DNA of 64,000 bases from Marinilabiliales bacterium (GCA_007695015.1 REEN01000064.1:1087-65086), one strand, 5' to 3'. Shown: positions 49,919 to 59,296, numbered from the stretch's first letter. Notes: generated from the sequence alone by a model not told the origin. Translations and numbers: made by a program.

Positions 49919-51550
49919 CTATCCTGACGGCTTGATCCTGAGCTGCTGGCCCGGGTATATCCGGTTGGCGTTACTCAGGCTGTTAAGCCTCAGTATGTCA
50001 CGCTCACTGACTCCCGGGAACTGCCTCGCTATACCCCAAAGAGTATCTCCGCGGCGAACCGTATAATAGAGAAATTCTCCCGAATCGTCACTAACAACAA
50101 TAACATCAGCCCGGTTGGCAGATGGAGCCCTGCCGACCCGTGCCTGTTTCTCAGCAAAGCTCAGATTATTGACCTGGTTATAATAACCGGTCTGATCTGA
50201 AGGCACGTATATAACAAGCCGCTGTCCTGTCCTTATAAGGTTGCCGGTTATACCGTTCCAGTGCCTCAGGTCAGACACCCTGACATTGAACCATTGTGAA
50301 ATATATCCGAGATTATCGCCGCTTTTGACCGTATAGTTCACCTGGGAGCGGCCCGCCGGAGGATCAGGCATCACTCCGGGACGACCGGGCGTAACAACAA
50401 GGTTCTCCCTTTTCAGGTAATGATCTGCCCGATATGCATAAACACTGTCGGCCAGTCCGGCAAACCTGGTTGTTTCCCCTGCCGGCAGCCTTAAAGGAAA
50501 AGGTCTTTCATCTGCCGGGATCACATCGCGCCGGTACTGCGGGTTCATGTCCCTTATCATACTGACCGGGATATCGAGTACCTCTGCAACCTGCATAAGA
50601 TGGAGGTTCCTGTTTATCATTACAGTATCGGTAAACAGAGGCAGTTCCAGGTCAGCCGGACTCAGGGCATGCTCCGTGTAGTAGTTCATTGCATATGTTG
50701 CAGCAATAAATGCAGGCACATAACCCCTTGTTTCCCTTGGCAGGAAATAGTAGATCCTCCAGTAATCCCTTGAGCCCCCTGCCCTCCTTATGGCCCTGTT
50801 AACGTTACCCGGGCCGCAGTTATAGGCGGCAAGAGCAAGTGTCCAGTCATTGTATATCCCAAAAAGATCTTTCAGGTACCTCGCGGCTGCATGTGTCGAA
50901 GCATACGGGTCACGACGCTCATCCACAAGAGAGTTCATTGTCAGGTTATACATCCTTGCCGTGCCGAACATAAACTGCCAGATGCCCGTGGCACCGACTC
51001 TTGATACCGCCCTCGGATTGAGGGCAGATTCAACGACAGGCAGATACCTCAGTTCGAGCGGAATATCATAATAGTCCAAAATCTGCTCAAAAAGCGGAAA
51101 ATAATACTCAGTCAGGGCAAGCATCACTTCCATCTGCTCCCTGCGGTTGACGGTATAGACATTGATATAATTCCTTACAACATTGTTGAAGGAGAGATCA
51201 ATCACAGACGGTAGCCTTGCAAGCCTCTCAATATAAACCGAATCCGGAAAAGAGGGAATGACAAAACCCGAGCTGTCGGCCAGTGGCCCGGTCCTGGCCC
51301 GGCGGGGTGCATTACTGACGTACCAGAGGTTGAGCAGGCTGTCAAGATTACTCTCAAAATCCAGTTCAACAGGATCAGTTATCTCAGGTATGGTCGCCTC
51401 TGCAGTGGTGATAATGCCTTCCGGCAGAGTGTCGTTTTCATGCACAGCAGTTCGAACAGGAATAGTATCAGCTTCAGCTCCCCGTGCATTGAATGATATC
51501 AGGGAGAGAACTGCCAGGGCCGAAAACAGAATGTATAGCAGTCTCTTCAT
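49919..51550 (-). CDS. MltD-like lytic transglycosylase (SLT domain) with two C-terminal LysM domains
   Basis: Catalytic block ...PVVESALNPRAVSRVGATGIWQFMFGTAR... (E-S...G.WQF). Two LysM repeats, YTVKSGDNLGYISQWFNVRVSDLRHWNG... and YTVRRGDTLWGIARQFPGVSERDILRLNSL... Confidence 0.88.
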   Translation of the reverse strand: MKRLLYILFSALAVLSLISFNARGAEADTIPVRTAVHENDTLPEGIITTAEATIPEITDPVELDFESNLDSLLNLWYVSNAPRRARTGPLADSSGFVIPSFPDSVYIERLARLPSVIDLSFNNVVRNYINVYTVNRREQMEVMLALTEYYFPLFEQILDYYDIPLELRYLPVVESALNPRAVSRVGATGIWQFMFGTARMYNLTMNSLVDERRDPYASTHAAARYLKDLFGIYNDWTLALAAYNCGPGNVNRAIRRAGGSRDYWRIYYFLPRETRGYVPAFIAATYAMNYYTEHALSPADLELPLFTDTVMINRNLHLMQVAEVLDIPVSMIRDMNPQYRRDVIPADERPFPLRLPAGETTRFAGLADSVYAYRADHYLKRENLVVTPGRPGVMPDPPAGRSQVNYTVKSGDNLGYISQWFNVRVSDLRHWNGITGNLIRTGQRLVIYVPSDQTGYYNQVNNLSFAEKQARVGRAPSANRADVIVVSDDSGEFLYYTVRRGDTLWGIARQFPGVSERDILRLNSLSNANRIYPGQQLRIKPSG

Positions 51551-51581
51551 ATCAGGCTCACAATTATCTGCTGCAAATATA

Positions 51582-52286
51582 TTAAAATTTCACACTGAAC
51601 CTGACTCCCATTCCGGGATTGAATCCCGGTTTTCCGGCAACCGGATGACCGGGCAATGTCATAACGGGACTGACCTTCATCCCAAGATCCTCGCTCACAT
51701 CAAACTCAAAAAAATGAGCATCTACGGTGGCCTCAATAATGTTGAGAGCGTAAAAGGCCGCGATCCAGATATAGGTGCGGTCACGCTGCCTGCGATAGTA
51801 ATCCCTGAACCTCCTGAGCACATCTTCGGTATACCTGAAATCACCTGCAAACTCATCTATTGTCTCCGGATTGCCGTCAGTACGAAAACTATGCGCATTC
51901 CTGTATCTGGCATACTCATCATGGGTAAACATCGCATACCATGAGAGGGCGGCAAAACCGCCATATACAATAGGCACCTTCCAGTACCGGCGGTTATAAA
52001 CCTGCCCGAGTCCGGGAAGAACCGCCGAATAGATAGCTGCTTTTCGCGGATCGGGAATAAACCGGTCATCACCTTCAAAAACTGTGACACCCGTATAAAG
52101 GGTATCTTCCTGGGTCAGTGCTGCAGTTTGTGACCGGGGTTCTGATCCTGCCACAAGGCTGTCATGTCCGGTATGGCCGGCATAAACCTGACGGCCGGAT
52201 ACAATTGCAAGCAACAGTACCAGCTTGAAGATATGTAAGTTTCGGGATCTTGTTATCAAAACGGTAAATATTCGGGCACCTCTCAA
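51582..52286 (-). CDS. DUF5683-like membrane protein
   Basis: AAIYSAVLPGLGQVYNRRYWKVPIVYGGFA motif, in the conserved Bacteroidota position between parB and the lytic transglycosylase. The start codon is non-ATG (TTG at 52286) and therefore uncertain. Confidence 0.65.
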   Translation of the reverse strand: MRGARIFTVLITRSRNLHIFKLVLLLAIVSGRQVYAGHTGHDSLVAGSEPRSQTAALTQEDTLYTGVTVFEGDDRFIPDPRKAAIYSAVLPGLGQVYNRRYWKVPIVYGGFAALSWYAMFTHDEYARYRNAHSFRTDGNPETIDEFAGDFRYTEDVLRRFRDYYRRQRDRTYIWIAAFYALNIIEATVDAHFFEFDVSEDLGMKVSPVMTLPGHPVAGKPGFNPGMGVRFSVKF

Positions 52287-52305
52287 TAACGTACTGCGTG
52301 AGAGT

Positions 52306-53190
52306 TTAAGTATTTAGCTTGTCAAGCAATCCCACTATCCGCTCCAGTTCATCATTTGAGCTGAAAGGAATGACTATCTTACCCTTTCCCTTTTCATTTC
52401 TCCTGAACTGAACATCGGTGCCAAAATATCCTGCCAGGTGGTCACGAAGCGTTTCATAGCTGTCAGGCTCACTCTTTGTCTGCCTTTCATCAGTAGTATC
52501 TGCAGGCTCAGTGGTCTCCATTTTCCTGACCATCTCTTCAATTTTCCTGACCGAGAGGTCGTTGGAGATTATCTTATTGTAAATCTCAAGCTGTGCATCA
52601 GGGTTATCAATACTGATAAGGGATCTTGCATGGCCCATACTTATCTGCCGGTGTTTTATGCCAAGCTGTATTTCAGCAGGCAGCCTAAGCAGTCTTATAT
52701 AATTAGATATTGTTGACCTCTTTTTGCCTACCCTTTGACTGAGGTTTTCCTGGGTAAGGCTGCACTCTTCCATCAGCCGCTGATAACTTATTGCTATTTC
52801 AATGGCATCAAGGTCCTCCCTCTGAATATTCTCAACAAGGGCCATCTCCAGCAATGCCTGGTCATCAGCAGTCCTTATCCAGGCAGGTATTGTATCAAGG
52901 CCGGCAACTCCGGCAGCTCTCATACGCCTCTCTCCCGCAATCAGCTGGTACCTTCCATCATCCTTCTGCCTGACAATAATGGGCTGGATTACACCCAGCT
53001 CCCGAATCGAAGAGGCAAGCTCCTGGATAGGCTCCTCCTCAAACCTGGTCCTTGGCTGGAACGGGTTTGCCTCGATCATGCTGAGGCTTATCTCATCATA
53101 CCAGGGCAACCCTTCCCGCCTGCGCGAAGGCTCCTCTTCGGAAATCAGTGCGCTGAGGCCCCGTCCCAATGCATTCTTCTTTGCAGCCAT
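52306..53190 (-). CDS. parB: chromosome partitioning protein ParB
   Basis: 294 aa with ALGRGLSALI, ...I..NP.QPR..F.EE.I.ELA.SI...GV.QPI.VR......Y.LIAGERR.RA and an HTH region. Confidence 0.94.
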   Translation of the reverse strand: MAAKKNALGRGLSALISEEEPSRRREGLPWYDEISLSMIEANPFQPRTRFEEEPIQELASSIRELGVIQPIIVRQKDDGRYQLIAGERRMRAAGVAGLDTIPAWIRTADDQALLEMALVENIQREDLDAIEIAISYQRLMEECSLTQENLSQRVGKKRSTISNYIRLLRLPAEIQLGIKHRQISMGHARSLISIDNPDAQLEIYNKIISNDLSVRKIEEMVRKMETTEPADTTDERQTKSEPDSYETLRDHLAGYFGTDVQFRRNEKGKGKIVIPFSSNDELERIVGLLDKLNT

Positions 53191-53221
53191 TATCCTGATT
53201 TTCTTGTTTTATTTATAAGTA

Positions 53222-54022
53222 CTACTCTATAACTTTCTCAGCATCGCTCATTTTTGTCTTGTCATTGTTCTGCAGCAGCTCCCTGGCAAGATTGAGATAA
53301 TTTACGGCACCCGTTGAATTCACATCATAAAGCAGAACAGGCTTGCCGAAACTGGGAGCTTCGCTGAGTCTTATATTCCTCTGCACAATCGTTTCAAAAA
53401 CCATCTGCTGGAAATGTTTTTTGACCTCTTCCACTACCTGGTTAGACAGCCTAAGTCTCGAATCATACATAGTAAGAAGGAACCCCTCGATCTCAAGCGA
53501 TGTGTTGAGTCTGCTCTGCACTATCTTGATAGTGTTAAGCAGCTTACCAAGGCCCTCGAGTGCAAAATACTCGCACTGAACCGGGATCAGAACAGAATCT
53601 GAAGCTGTAAGTGCATTGAGCGTTATGAGTCCGAGTGACGGAGAACAATCCACCAGAATAAAATCATACCTGTCCTCTATCCTGGATATAACAGACTTAA
53701 GGATCTGCTCCCTGGCCGGCATATTTGTCATCTCTATCTCTGCACCTACCAGGTCGATATGTGAAGGTATAATGTCAAGCCTGTCTACCTCTGTATTAAG
53801 GATAATGCTGTTTGGATCAACATCATCGATAAGGCATTCATAAATGCTTGTTTTAATTGTACGGATATCGAATCCCATACCTGATGTTGCATTTGCCTGC
53901 GGATCAGCATCTATGAGCAGAACCCTGTTCTCAAGTACCGCGAGGCTTGCTGAAAGATTAATTGCTGTAGTTGTTTTACCAACCCCCCCCTTCTGATTTG
54001 CTAGTGCAATTATTTTGGCCAT
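53222..54022 (-). CDS. parA: chromosome partitioning ATPase ParA/Soj
   Basis: 266 aa with deviant Walker A NQKGGVGKTTTAINL, plus DADPQANATSG and ILVDCSPSLG. Confidence 0.95.
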   Translation of the reverse strand: MAKIIALANQKGGVGKTTTAINLSASLAVLENRVLLIDADPQANATSGMGFDIRTIKTSIYECLIDDVDPNSIILNTEVDRLDIIPSHIDLVGAEIEMTNMPAREQILKSVISRIEDRYDFILVDCSPSLGLITLNALTASDSVLIPVQCEYFALEGLGKLLNTIKIVQSRLNTSLEIEGFLLTMYDSRLRLSNQVVEEVKKHFQQMVFETIVQRNIRLSEAPSFGKPVLLYDVNSTGAVNYLNLARELLQNNDKTKMSDAEKVIE

Positions 54023-54296
54023 TCTATAATGTAGTTTAAAAACTGGACAATGATAGTTAAAAAAATCTCAGAAAGACCAAAATTACAACTTAAATAGGAG
54101 AACTGATAAGGTTAGCCAAACCCTAGTTTTTAACAATGAAACCGGGCTTTTCAACAGTTTATCAACATTGTGCTTGGAAATAACTCATTAGCAATATCCT
54201 GTCACCACACGGTATAGAATAACATTTTTGTTTTTGTTTATAAATATGGGGCCCTTCAATTATTACTGCTGCTGCCTGACGGAAAACAGCCCGGCG

Positions 54297-54328
54297 TTTG
54301 TGTAATAAATAAAAAAAGTATAGGTTTG
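54297..54328 (+). promoter_or_regulatory. candidate Bacteroidota sigma-A promoter (TTTG-N20-TAggTTTG) for the lipid kinase gene
   Basis: gcgTTTGtgtaataaataaaaaaagtaTAGGTTTGag. The -33 TTTG at 54297-54300 and -7 TAnnTTTG at 54321-54328 lie ~50 nt upstream of ATG 54378. Confidence 0.5.
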
Positions 54329-54377
54329 AGGGCTTAAATATGCTGGGCACCAGCGCAGCTCCCTGTAAATAATAAAA

Positions 54378-55322
54378 ATGAGAGCAGAATCTGAGAATAC
54401 CTGGCTCGTTATAGTGAACCCTAATGCGGGCAGACGAAGAGGGAAGAAAGACTGGGAAAAGATATCATCGTTGCTGGATCAGGCCGGATTGAACTATAAA
54501 GCGGAATTCACCGCGTCGCCCAGGCATGCTATTGAGATTGCAGTCTCGCACATAGAAGAAGGTTTTAAGAATTTAATCGTGGTAGGCGGAGACGGGACCA
54601 TGAATGAGGTAGTCAACGGGATCTTCATGCAAAAAAGATATCCTACACCGGAAATATCCCTGGGGATGATTACCGTTGGAACAGGCAATGACTGGGGAAG
54701 AATGTTCGGTATTCCGCGGGACTATGAACAGGCGATCTCCACAATAAAAATGAACAACGGGTTCATCCAGGATGCAGGTGTAGTGAAGTATTACAGCGGC
54801 AGTACCGAGAACAGGAGATATTTTGTAAATATAGCAGGCATAGGGTTTGATGCACTTGTAGTAAGCAAAACCAACAAGCTTAAGGAAGCCGGTAAAGGAG
54901 GTTCATGGGCATACCTTAAAAGTATAGTGACCAGCCTGCTGAAATACCGTCACACCAAAACGACTATAAAAATAGATTCGAACGAAATCCGAAACAACAT
55001 TTTCAATATAAGTATCGGTATATGCAAATACAATGGGGGAGGAATGATGTCACTTCCCGATGCAGTTCCTGATGACGGACTCTTTGATATCACGGTCATA
55101 AACAAGATCAAGAAACACGATGTTATTCTCAATATAAAAAGACTGTATAACGGGACAATCAACAAACACCCAATGGTTGAAACCTACAGGGGCAGATCGG
55201 TTTACATCGACAGCAAACCTTTGATACACCTTGAGACTGATGGCGAATCACTGGGCCACAGTCCGTTCACATTTGATATAATACCAAAAAGCATTAAAGT
55301 CCTTATTGGAAGATCAGCCTGA
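54378..55322 (+). CDS. diacylglycerol-kinase-family lipid kinase (YegS/BmrU-like)
   Basis: 314 aa with ...WLVIVNPNAG..., VVGGDGTMNEVVNG and GTGNDW. Confidence 0.88.
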   Translation: MRAESENTWLVIVNPNAGRRRGKKDWEKISSLLDQAGLNYKAEFTASPRHAIEIAVSHIEEGFKNLIVVGGDGTMNEVVNGIFMQKRYPTPEISLGMITVGTGNDWGRMFGIPRDYEQAISTIKMNNGFIQDAGVVKYYSGSTENRRYFVNIAGIGFDALVVSKTNKLKEAGKGGSWAYLKSIVTSLLKYRHTKTTIKIDSNEIRNNIFNISIGICKYNGGGMMSLPDAVPDDGLFDITVINKIKKHDVILNIKRLYNGTINKHPMVETYRGRSVYIDSKPLIHLETDGESLGHSPFTFDIIPKSIKVLIGRSA

Positions 55323-55352
55323 CCAGCAATTCCCGGCCAACGGCCCGGATAT

Positions 55353-56531
55353 TCATTGCATGTTCGCCTGCATCCTGGTCAGCTCAATTTCAAATAGCCT
55401 TGGCCAGTTTTTGCCTGTTACAAAAAGCCTTTCATTTTCACTGTCCCATGCAACTCCGTTAAGGACGTCGAGGTTGGGATGATGATATCTTCTGTCCAGC
55501 AGTCCTGTAAGATCAATCACGCCGGTAATCCTGCCTGAGGCCGCCTCAATCATAACCACCTCATCGGTCCCGAAAACATTCGCATAGATGATCCCGTCGA
55601 TATACTGCAGTTCATTCAGCCCGTCAACCCTGCCGTTATTATCATAAACCTCTATTCTCCCGGTTTCGGAGAAGTATTGCGGATCAAGGATGTAGATATA
55701 ATGTGACCCGTCACTCTTGAGGAGGTTTATACCGTCATTGGTAAGGCCCCATCCCTCAGTTTCATAGTGAACCCTGTTCAGCAGCCTGAAAGATTCCAGA
55801 TCGTAAACGAACCCTACGCGCGACTGCCATGTGAGCTGGTAAAGCTTGCCGTTTAAAACTGTCAGCCCCTCACCGAACAATTGCCTGTCAAGATTCAGGC
55901 TTCTCAGCACCTCTCCTGTTTCGAGCCGCACCTTTCTGAGTGTTGACCTTCCGTACTGGCCGGTAGATTCATACAGGTATCCTTCATGGTAAACCAGCCC
56001 CTGTGTAAAAGCCCTTATGTCATGCGGGTAACTGTTCACAATCCTGTATGTATAACGAACCGGAGAAATATCAGAATAGAGTACAACCCTCAATTGCAAA
56101 TTCTCCCTGCTGCCGTCTTCATATACCACTGAAAACCTGATATGCCTGGTTCCTGCCGGCCAGTTATCCGAATCCCATGTAATGGTACCCGGAATACTAC
56201 CCTCGAATTCTGCATCCCTGCCATCAACAGCCATTTTCACTTCGGCTATCCCCCCTGGATCATCATCAAATACAACATTAAAAGTAATATCGTCACCAAT
56301 TATAAAAACATCGCCGTCATTCGGACTGGCAATCCGGCCCCTTGCCGTCACAGGGGCGGCAGGCACCTCTTCCTCAATCCTCGTCTCCCCTGCTCCGTTT
56401 CCGGTGGCAGGTTGTTCAGAGCACCCTGAGTGCAAGAGAGGATTGGCAGCAAGGAGCAGAGCTGCTGTTGCATAAAAAGCGAAAGGCCTGACTTTCATAA
56501 GGGTGCTGAGTGCAAAAATGGTATGCATCAT
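55353..56531 (-). CDS. glutaminyl-peptide cyclotransferase (beta-propeller, plant/bacterial type) lipoprotein with N-terminal Ig-like extension
   Basis: YTYRIVNSYPHDIRAFTQGLVYHEGYLYESTGQYGRSTLRKV.L.TGEV matches the glutamine cyclotransferase family. Lipobox ...LLHSGC. ATG 56531 is chosen to avoid overlap with the upstream gene. Confidence 0.8.
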   Translation of the reverse strand: MMHTIFALSTLMKVRPFAFYATAALLLAANPLLHSGCSEQPATGNGAGETRIEEEVPAAPVTARGRIASPNDGDVFIIGDDITFNVVFDDDPGGIAEVKMAVDGRDAEFEGSIPGTITWDSDNWPAGTRHIRFSVVYEDGSRENLQLRVVLYSDISPVRYTYRIVNSYPHDIRAFTQGLVYHEGYLYESTGQYGRSTLRKVRLETGEVLRSLNLDRQLFGEGLTVLNGKLYQLTWQSRVGFVYDLESFRLLNRVHYETEGWGLTNDGINLLKSDGSHYIYILDPQYFSETGRIEVYDNNGRVDGLNELQYIDGIIYANVFGTDEVVMIEAASGRITGVIDLTGLLDRRYHHPNLDVLNGVAWDSENERLFVTGKNWPRLFEIELTRMQANMQ

Positions 56532-56545
56532 ATTTTTTAAAGATT

Positions 56546-56962
56546 TTATTTCCCCATAAGTCTTCTCCATAAACCACTTCTCCTGACTGGCTGTATAGCC
56601 ATATCAGTACCGTCGTCACCTCCGGACTCTCCATTCAGCATCTGCCACACCTTGCTCCATCCCGGGAAACCTCCGATATTGCGGTCGTCAATAAAGATAT
56701 GGGCGTGAATTTTCCGGCTGCTTCCGGGTTCGTACTCCTCCTCGGGATAACTGCTGTTCACAGCATAAAACTCAACACCGTGCTGTCTGCAAAAATCAAC
56801 AGCCTCATTAAGTTCGCTCCCCGAACGGTAGGTCCATAAAATAAGCTGATGTTTCTGTTTCTGCAGTTCCCTCATAGTCTCGAAGGCAAAAAGCATAGGT
56901 TTGCCGATATCCGGGTATTCATCCTCAACTATGGTCCCGTCAAAATCAATTGCTATCTTCAT
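56546..56962 (-). CDS. small HAD-superfamily phosphatase-like protein
   Basis: MKIAIDFDGTIV (DxDGT motif I) and a later ...IFIDDR (motif IV-like). Alternative ATG starts lie at 56971 and 56974. Confidence 0.6.
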   Translation of the reverse strand: MKIAIDFDGTIVEDEYPDIGKPMLFAFETMRELQKQKHQLILWTYRSGSELNEAVDFCRQHGVEFYAVNSSYPEEEYEPGSSRKIHAHIFIDDRNIGGFPGWSKVWQMLNGESGGDDGTDMAIQPVRRSGLWRRLMGK

Positions 56963-56975
56963 TTGGGTCATCATT

Positions 56976-58061
56976 TTACTCCACTCCAAAAACATACCTG
57001 ACCGAGAATATATGCGAGTAGAGCGTTATAGTCTGCGGAGAGATATTGCCCAGAGCATAATCCAGATAGAGGCTGCCAAGCTGAAGTCCGATTCCCGCCG
57101 AAGGATCAGCCAGCAGTCTCTTATTTCCGCCGAATTCGGTTACCTGTTGCACATTCCCAACTCCGGCCCTCAGATAGACAAGGTTGCTGTAATTCAATTC
57201 GGCCCCGAGCACAGGTTCAGCGCCTAAAAGACTGCTGCTCAATACCGCTGCCGTCCGTCCTTCAAAAGATACCGCAGCATTGAACTCGGCAAGCAGTGAT
57301 ACCGTTTCCGATATTACGAAATTTCTTGCCACCCCGAGATGAAGGCGTGGAAGTGTCAGTTCCAGAGAGTTCTCCGGAGGAACATTGAACAATGAATCGG
57401 CTACCTCGATTACCAGCTTCTCCTCATTGAACTGCCATGCATTGAATGTACTTGTGGCATCCCTGAGCACAGCTCCGAAGATCCAGTTACTGTGCCTGTA
57501 CCTTGCAGCAATATCTGCACCAAACCCCCATGCAGAGGCAAACTCACCAACCACCCTCCTTATGATCTTCAGGTTTCCTCCAACATCGAGTCCCTCAATA
57601 GCGGTGCTACGCGCATAGGTAATCAACAGGGCATAATCCGCCACCGAAAACCGGCTTATCCGGTCATAGTCAATATTACCGTCACCGTCCATCAGGTCAA
57701 TCGTATTAGGTATGTCATCAACCCCATACCGCAAGAGAGAGACCCCAACAGCACTTCTCTCATCGGGGCGGCTGCCCACACCGATATAATCAAACTTTGC
57801 AATTCCGGCAAAATACTGGGCATGCATCAGAGACGCCTCATGCTTTCCGGCTAACCCTAGCATTCCAGCAGGGTTCCAGTATGCCGCAGTCACATCCGAT
57901 GCCCCGGCAACAAAAGCCCTGCCCATTCCCAGTGAACGTGCCCCTATCCCAACATTCAGAAATTCATTGGAATATTTTGCCGGCTGGGCTGAAAGGTCAT
58001 GTAACCAGGCAAATATTGCCAGAACCGGAATTAATACCCTGTATATTATCATTCTTACCAT
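56976..58061 (-). CDS. PorV/PorQ-family-like outer-membrane beta-barrel protein
   Basis: Signal ...HDLSA|QPAKY. FLNVGIGARSLGMGRAFVAGASDVTAAYWNPAGM resembles the PorV/PorQ (FadL-like) N-terminal signature, and the rest is beta-strand rich. Start ATG 58061 is chosen (ORF track TTG 58070). Confidence 0.55.
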   Translation of the reverse strand: MVRMIIYRVLIPVLAIFAWLHDLSAQPAKYSNEFLNVGIGARSLGMGRAFVAGASDVTAAYWNPAGMLGLAGKHEASLMHAQYFAGIAKFDYIGVGSRPDERSAVGVSLLRYGVDDIPNTIDLMDGDGNIDYDRISRFSVADYALLITYARSTAIEGLDVGGNLKIIRRVVGEFASAWGFGADIAARYRHSNWIFGAVLRDATSTFNAWQFNEEKLVIEVADSLFNVPPENSLELTLPRLHLGVARNFVISETVSLLAEFNAAVSFEGRTAAVLSSSLLGAEPVLGAELNYSNLVYLRAGVGNVQQVTEFGGNKRLLADPSAGIGLQLGSLYLDYALGNISPQTITLYSHIFSVRYVFGVE

Positions 58062-58170
58062 AACAGACAAAACCTGAAATCAGGAGTGCAAACTATCATT
58101 TTTAACTTATTTTTGCAACATATTATTGCAGCAACCCCGAATCTGCTTCCGGGCTAAACCAACCAGCGCC

Positions 58171-58947
58171 ATGTTAAAATTATCATTCTCTCCCCTAAAA
58201 AAGATCATCCCGAGCATCTTTACAATGTTTAACCTTCTGTCAGGATGCATGGCCATCCTTATAAGCTTCAGTGACCCTGCGCTTGCAGGCCTGTTGATCC
58301 TTCTGGCAGGGATATTCGATTTTGCAGACGGTTTTGCAGCCCGGCTACTGGATGCATATTCGGAGTTCGGGAAAGAGCTCGATTCCCTTGCCGATATAAT
58401 CAGCTTTGGAGCTGCCCCGTCATTCATCCTTTTTCATCTTATCAATACCTCTCTTGTTATGTCAGCCCCGCATCACGGTTATGAAAGCCTGTCAGTCCCG
58501 CACACCCTGATTCTGGCAAGTGCATTCCTGCCAGTTGTTTTTGCAGCCATAAGGCTTGCGAAATATAATATCAGCACGGGCGAAAGCGATGATTTCAGCG
58601 GACTCCCATCGCCTGCCGCCGGAATATTCATAGCCTCTGCAGGTTACGTCCTGGTTACCTCCGAACTCACCCTGGTCAGGGAGTTTTTTTTCAACCCCGC
58701 CACACTTGTATCAGCCGGTATTATCGTGTCTGTGCTAATGGTGATACCCATACGGATGTTCAGCATTAAATTCAGACATTTCAGGCTGGCCGGCAACAGG
58801 GTGAGATACCTTTTCCTGTTACCATCGCTCGTCCTGTTTATCTGGTGGGGCATTGCGGCGATACCCCTGATAACCGGCTGGTACGTATTTCTTTCCGCAA
58901 TAATTGCAATTACCTGCCGTAAACAGGCTGACCCGGGACACACCTGA
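58171..58947 (+). CDS. pssA: CDP-diacylglycerol--serine O-phosphatidyltransferase
   Basis: CDP-alcohol phosphatidyltransferase motif DFADGFAARLLDAYSEFGKELDSLADIISFG in a polytopic membrane protein. ATG 58171 is preferred over the ORF-track start at 58126. Confidence 0.85.
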   Translation: MLKLSFSPLKKIIPSIFTMFNLLSGCMAILISFSDPALAGLLILLAGIFDFADGFAARLLDAYSEFGKELDSLADIISFGAAPSFILFHLINTSLVMSAPHHGYESLSVPHTLILASAFLPVVFAAIRLAKYNISTGESDDFSGLPSPAAGIFIASAGYVLVTSELTLVREFFFNPATLVSAGIIVSVLMVIPIRMFSIKFRHFRLAGNRVRYLFLLPSLVLFIWWGIAAIPLITGWYVFLSAIIAITCRKQADPGHT

Positions 58948-58964
58948 ATACCCGGCATCCGGGG

Positions 58965-59243
58965 TCATTCCTCTTTCCGGGATCCTTGCTGAATTCTAAC
59001 CGATTCCCTGTGTATAAGGTTGAGAAATTCTTCGGTAAATTCTTCGGTAAGCCCTGCTTTCCGTGCATGCTCCTTTCGTGAGGTCTTTAGCTGGTCAAAC
59101 CTCTCTGACTGTATAACCGGTATACCCTCTGCCCTTTTTATCTCACCTATCATTTCTGAAAAGCTGAAACGCCGGGCCAGCAGATCGATCAGCTCAGTGT
59201 CAGTTTTATCAATTGCTTCCCTTATCTTATCTATATCAGTCAT
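58965..59243 (-). CDS. chorismate mutase (AroQ class, monofunctional)
   Basis: 92 aa with IDKIREAIDKTDTELIDLLARRFSFSEMIGEIKRAEGIPVIQSERFDQL..., the AroQ helical pattern. Confidence 0.8.
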   Translation of the reverse strand: MTDIDKIREAIDKTDTELIDLLARRFSFSEMIGEIKRAEGIPVIQSERFDQLKTSRKEHARKAGLTEEFTEEFLNLIHRESVRIQQGSRKEE

Positions 59244-59296
59244 ATTTGCAGGATCTCATTTTTCGTGGCAACACAACATCCTTCCCGGCCAGGCAA

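Noticed and set aside
53983-53990. C8/G8 homopolymer in the parA Walker-A codons (also T8 at 58684-58691 in pssA, and C7/G7 runs at ~18571 and ~45611) as possible phase-variation tracts
   Set aside because: These are housekeeping genes in which the runs simply encode GG/FFF. There is no evidence of frameshifted copies, so I treat them as codon-usage by-products.
54023-54377. Possible oriC / DnaA-box cluster in the AT-rich 355-bp gap next to parA
   Set aside because: I found only one near-match to TTATCCACA (ttatcaaca, ~54159) and no clustered boxes or AT-rich 13-mer array. dnaA and dnaN are not nearby. The gap is adequately explained by divergent promoters.
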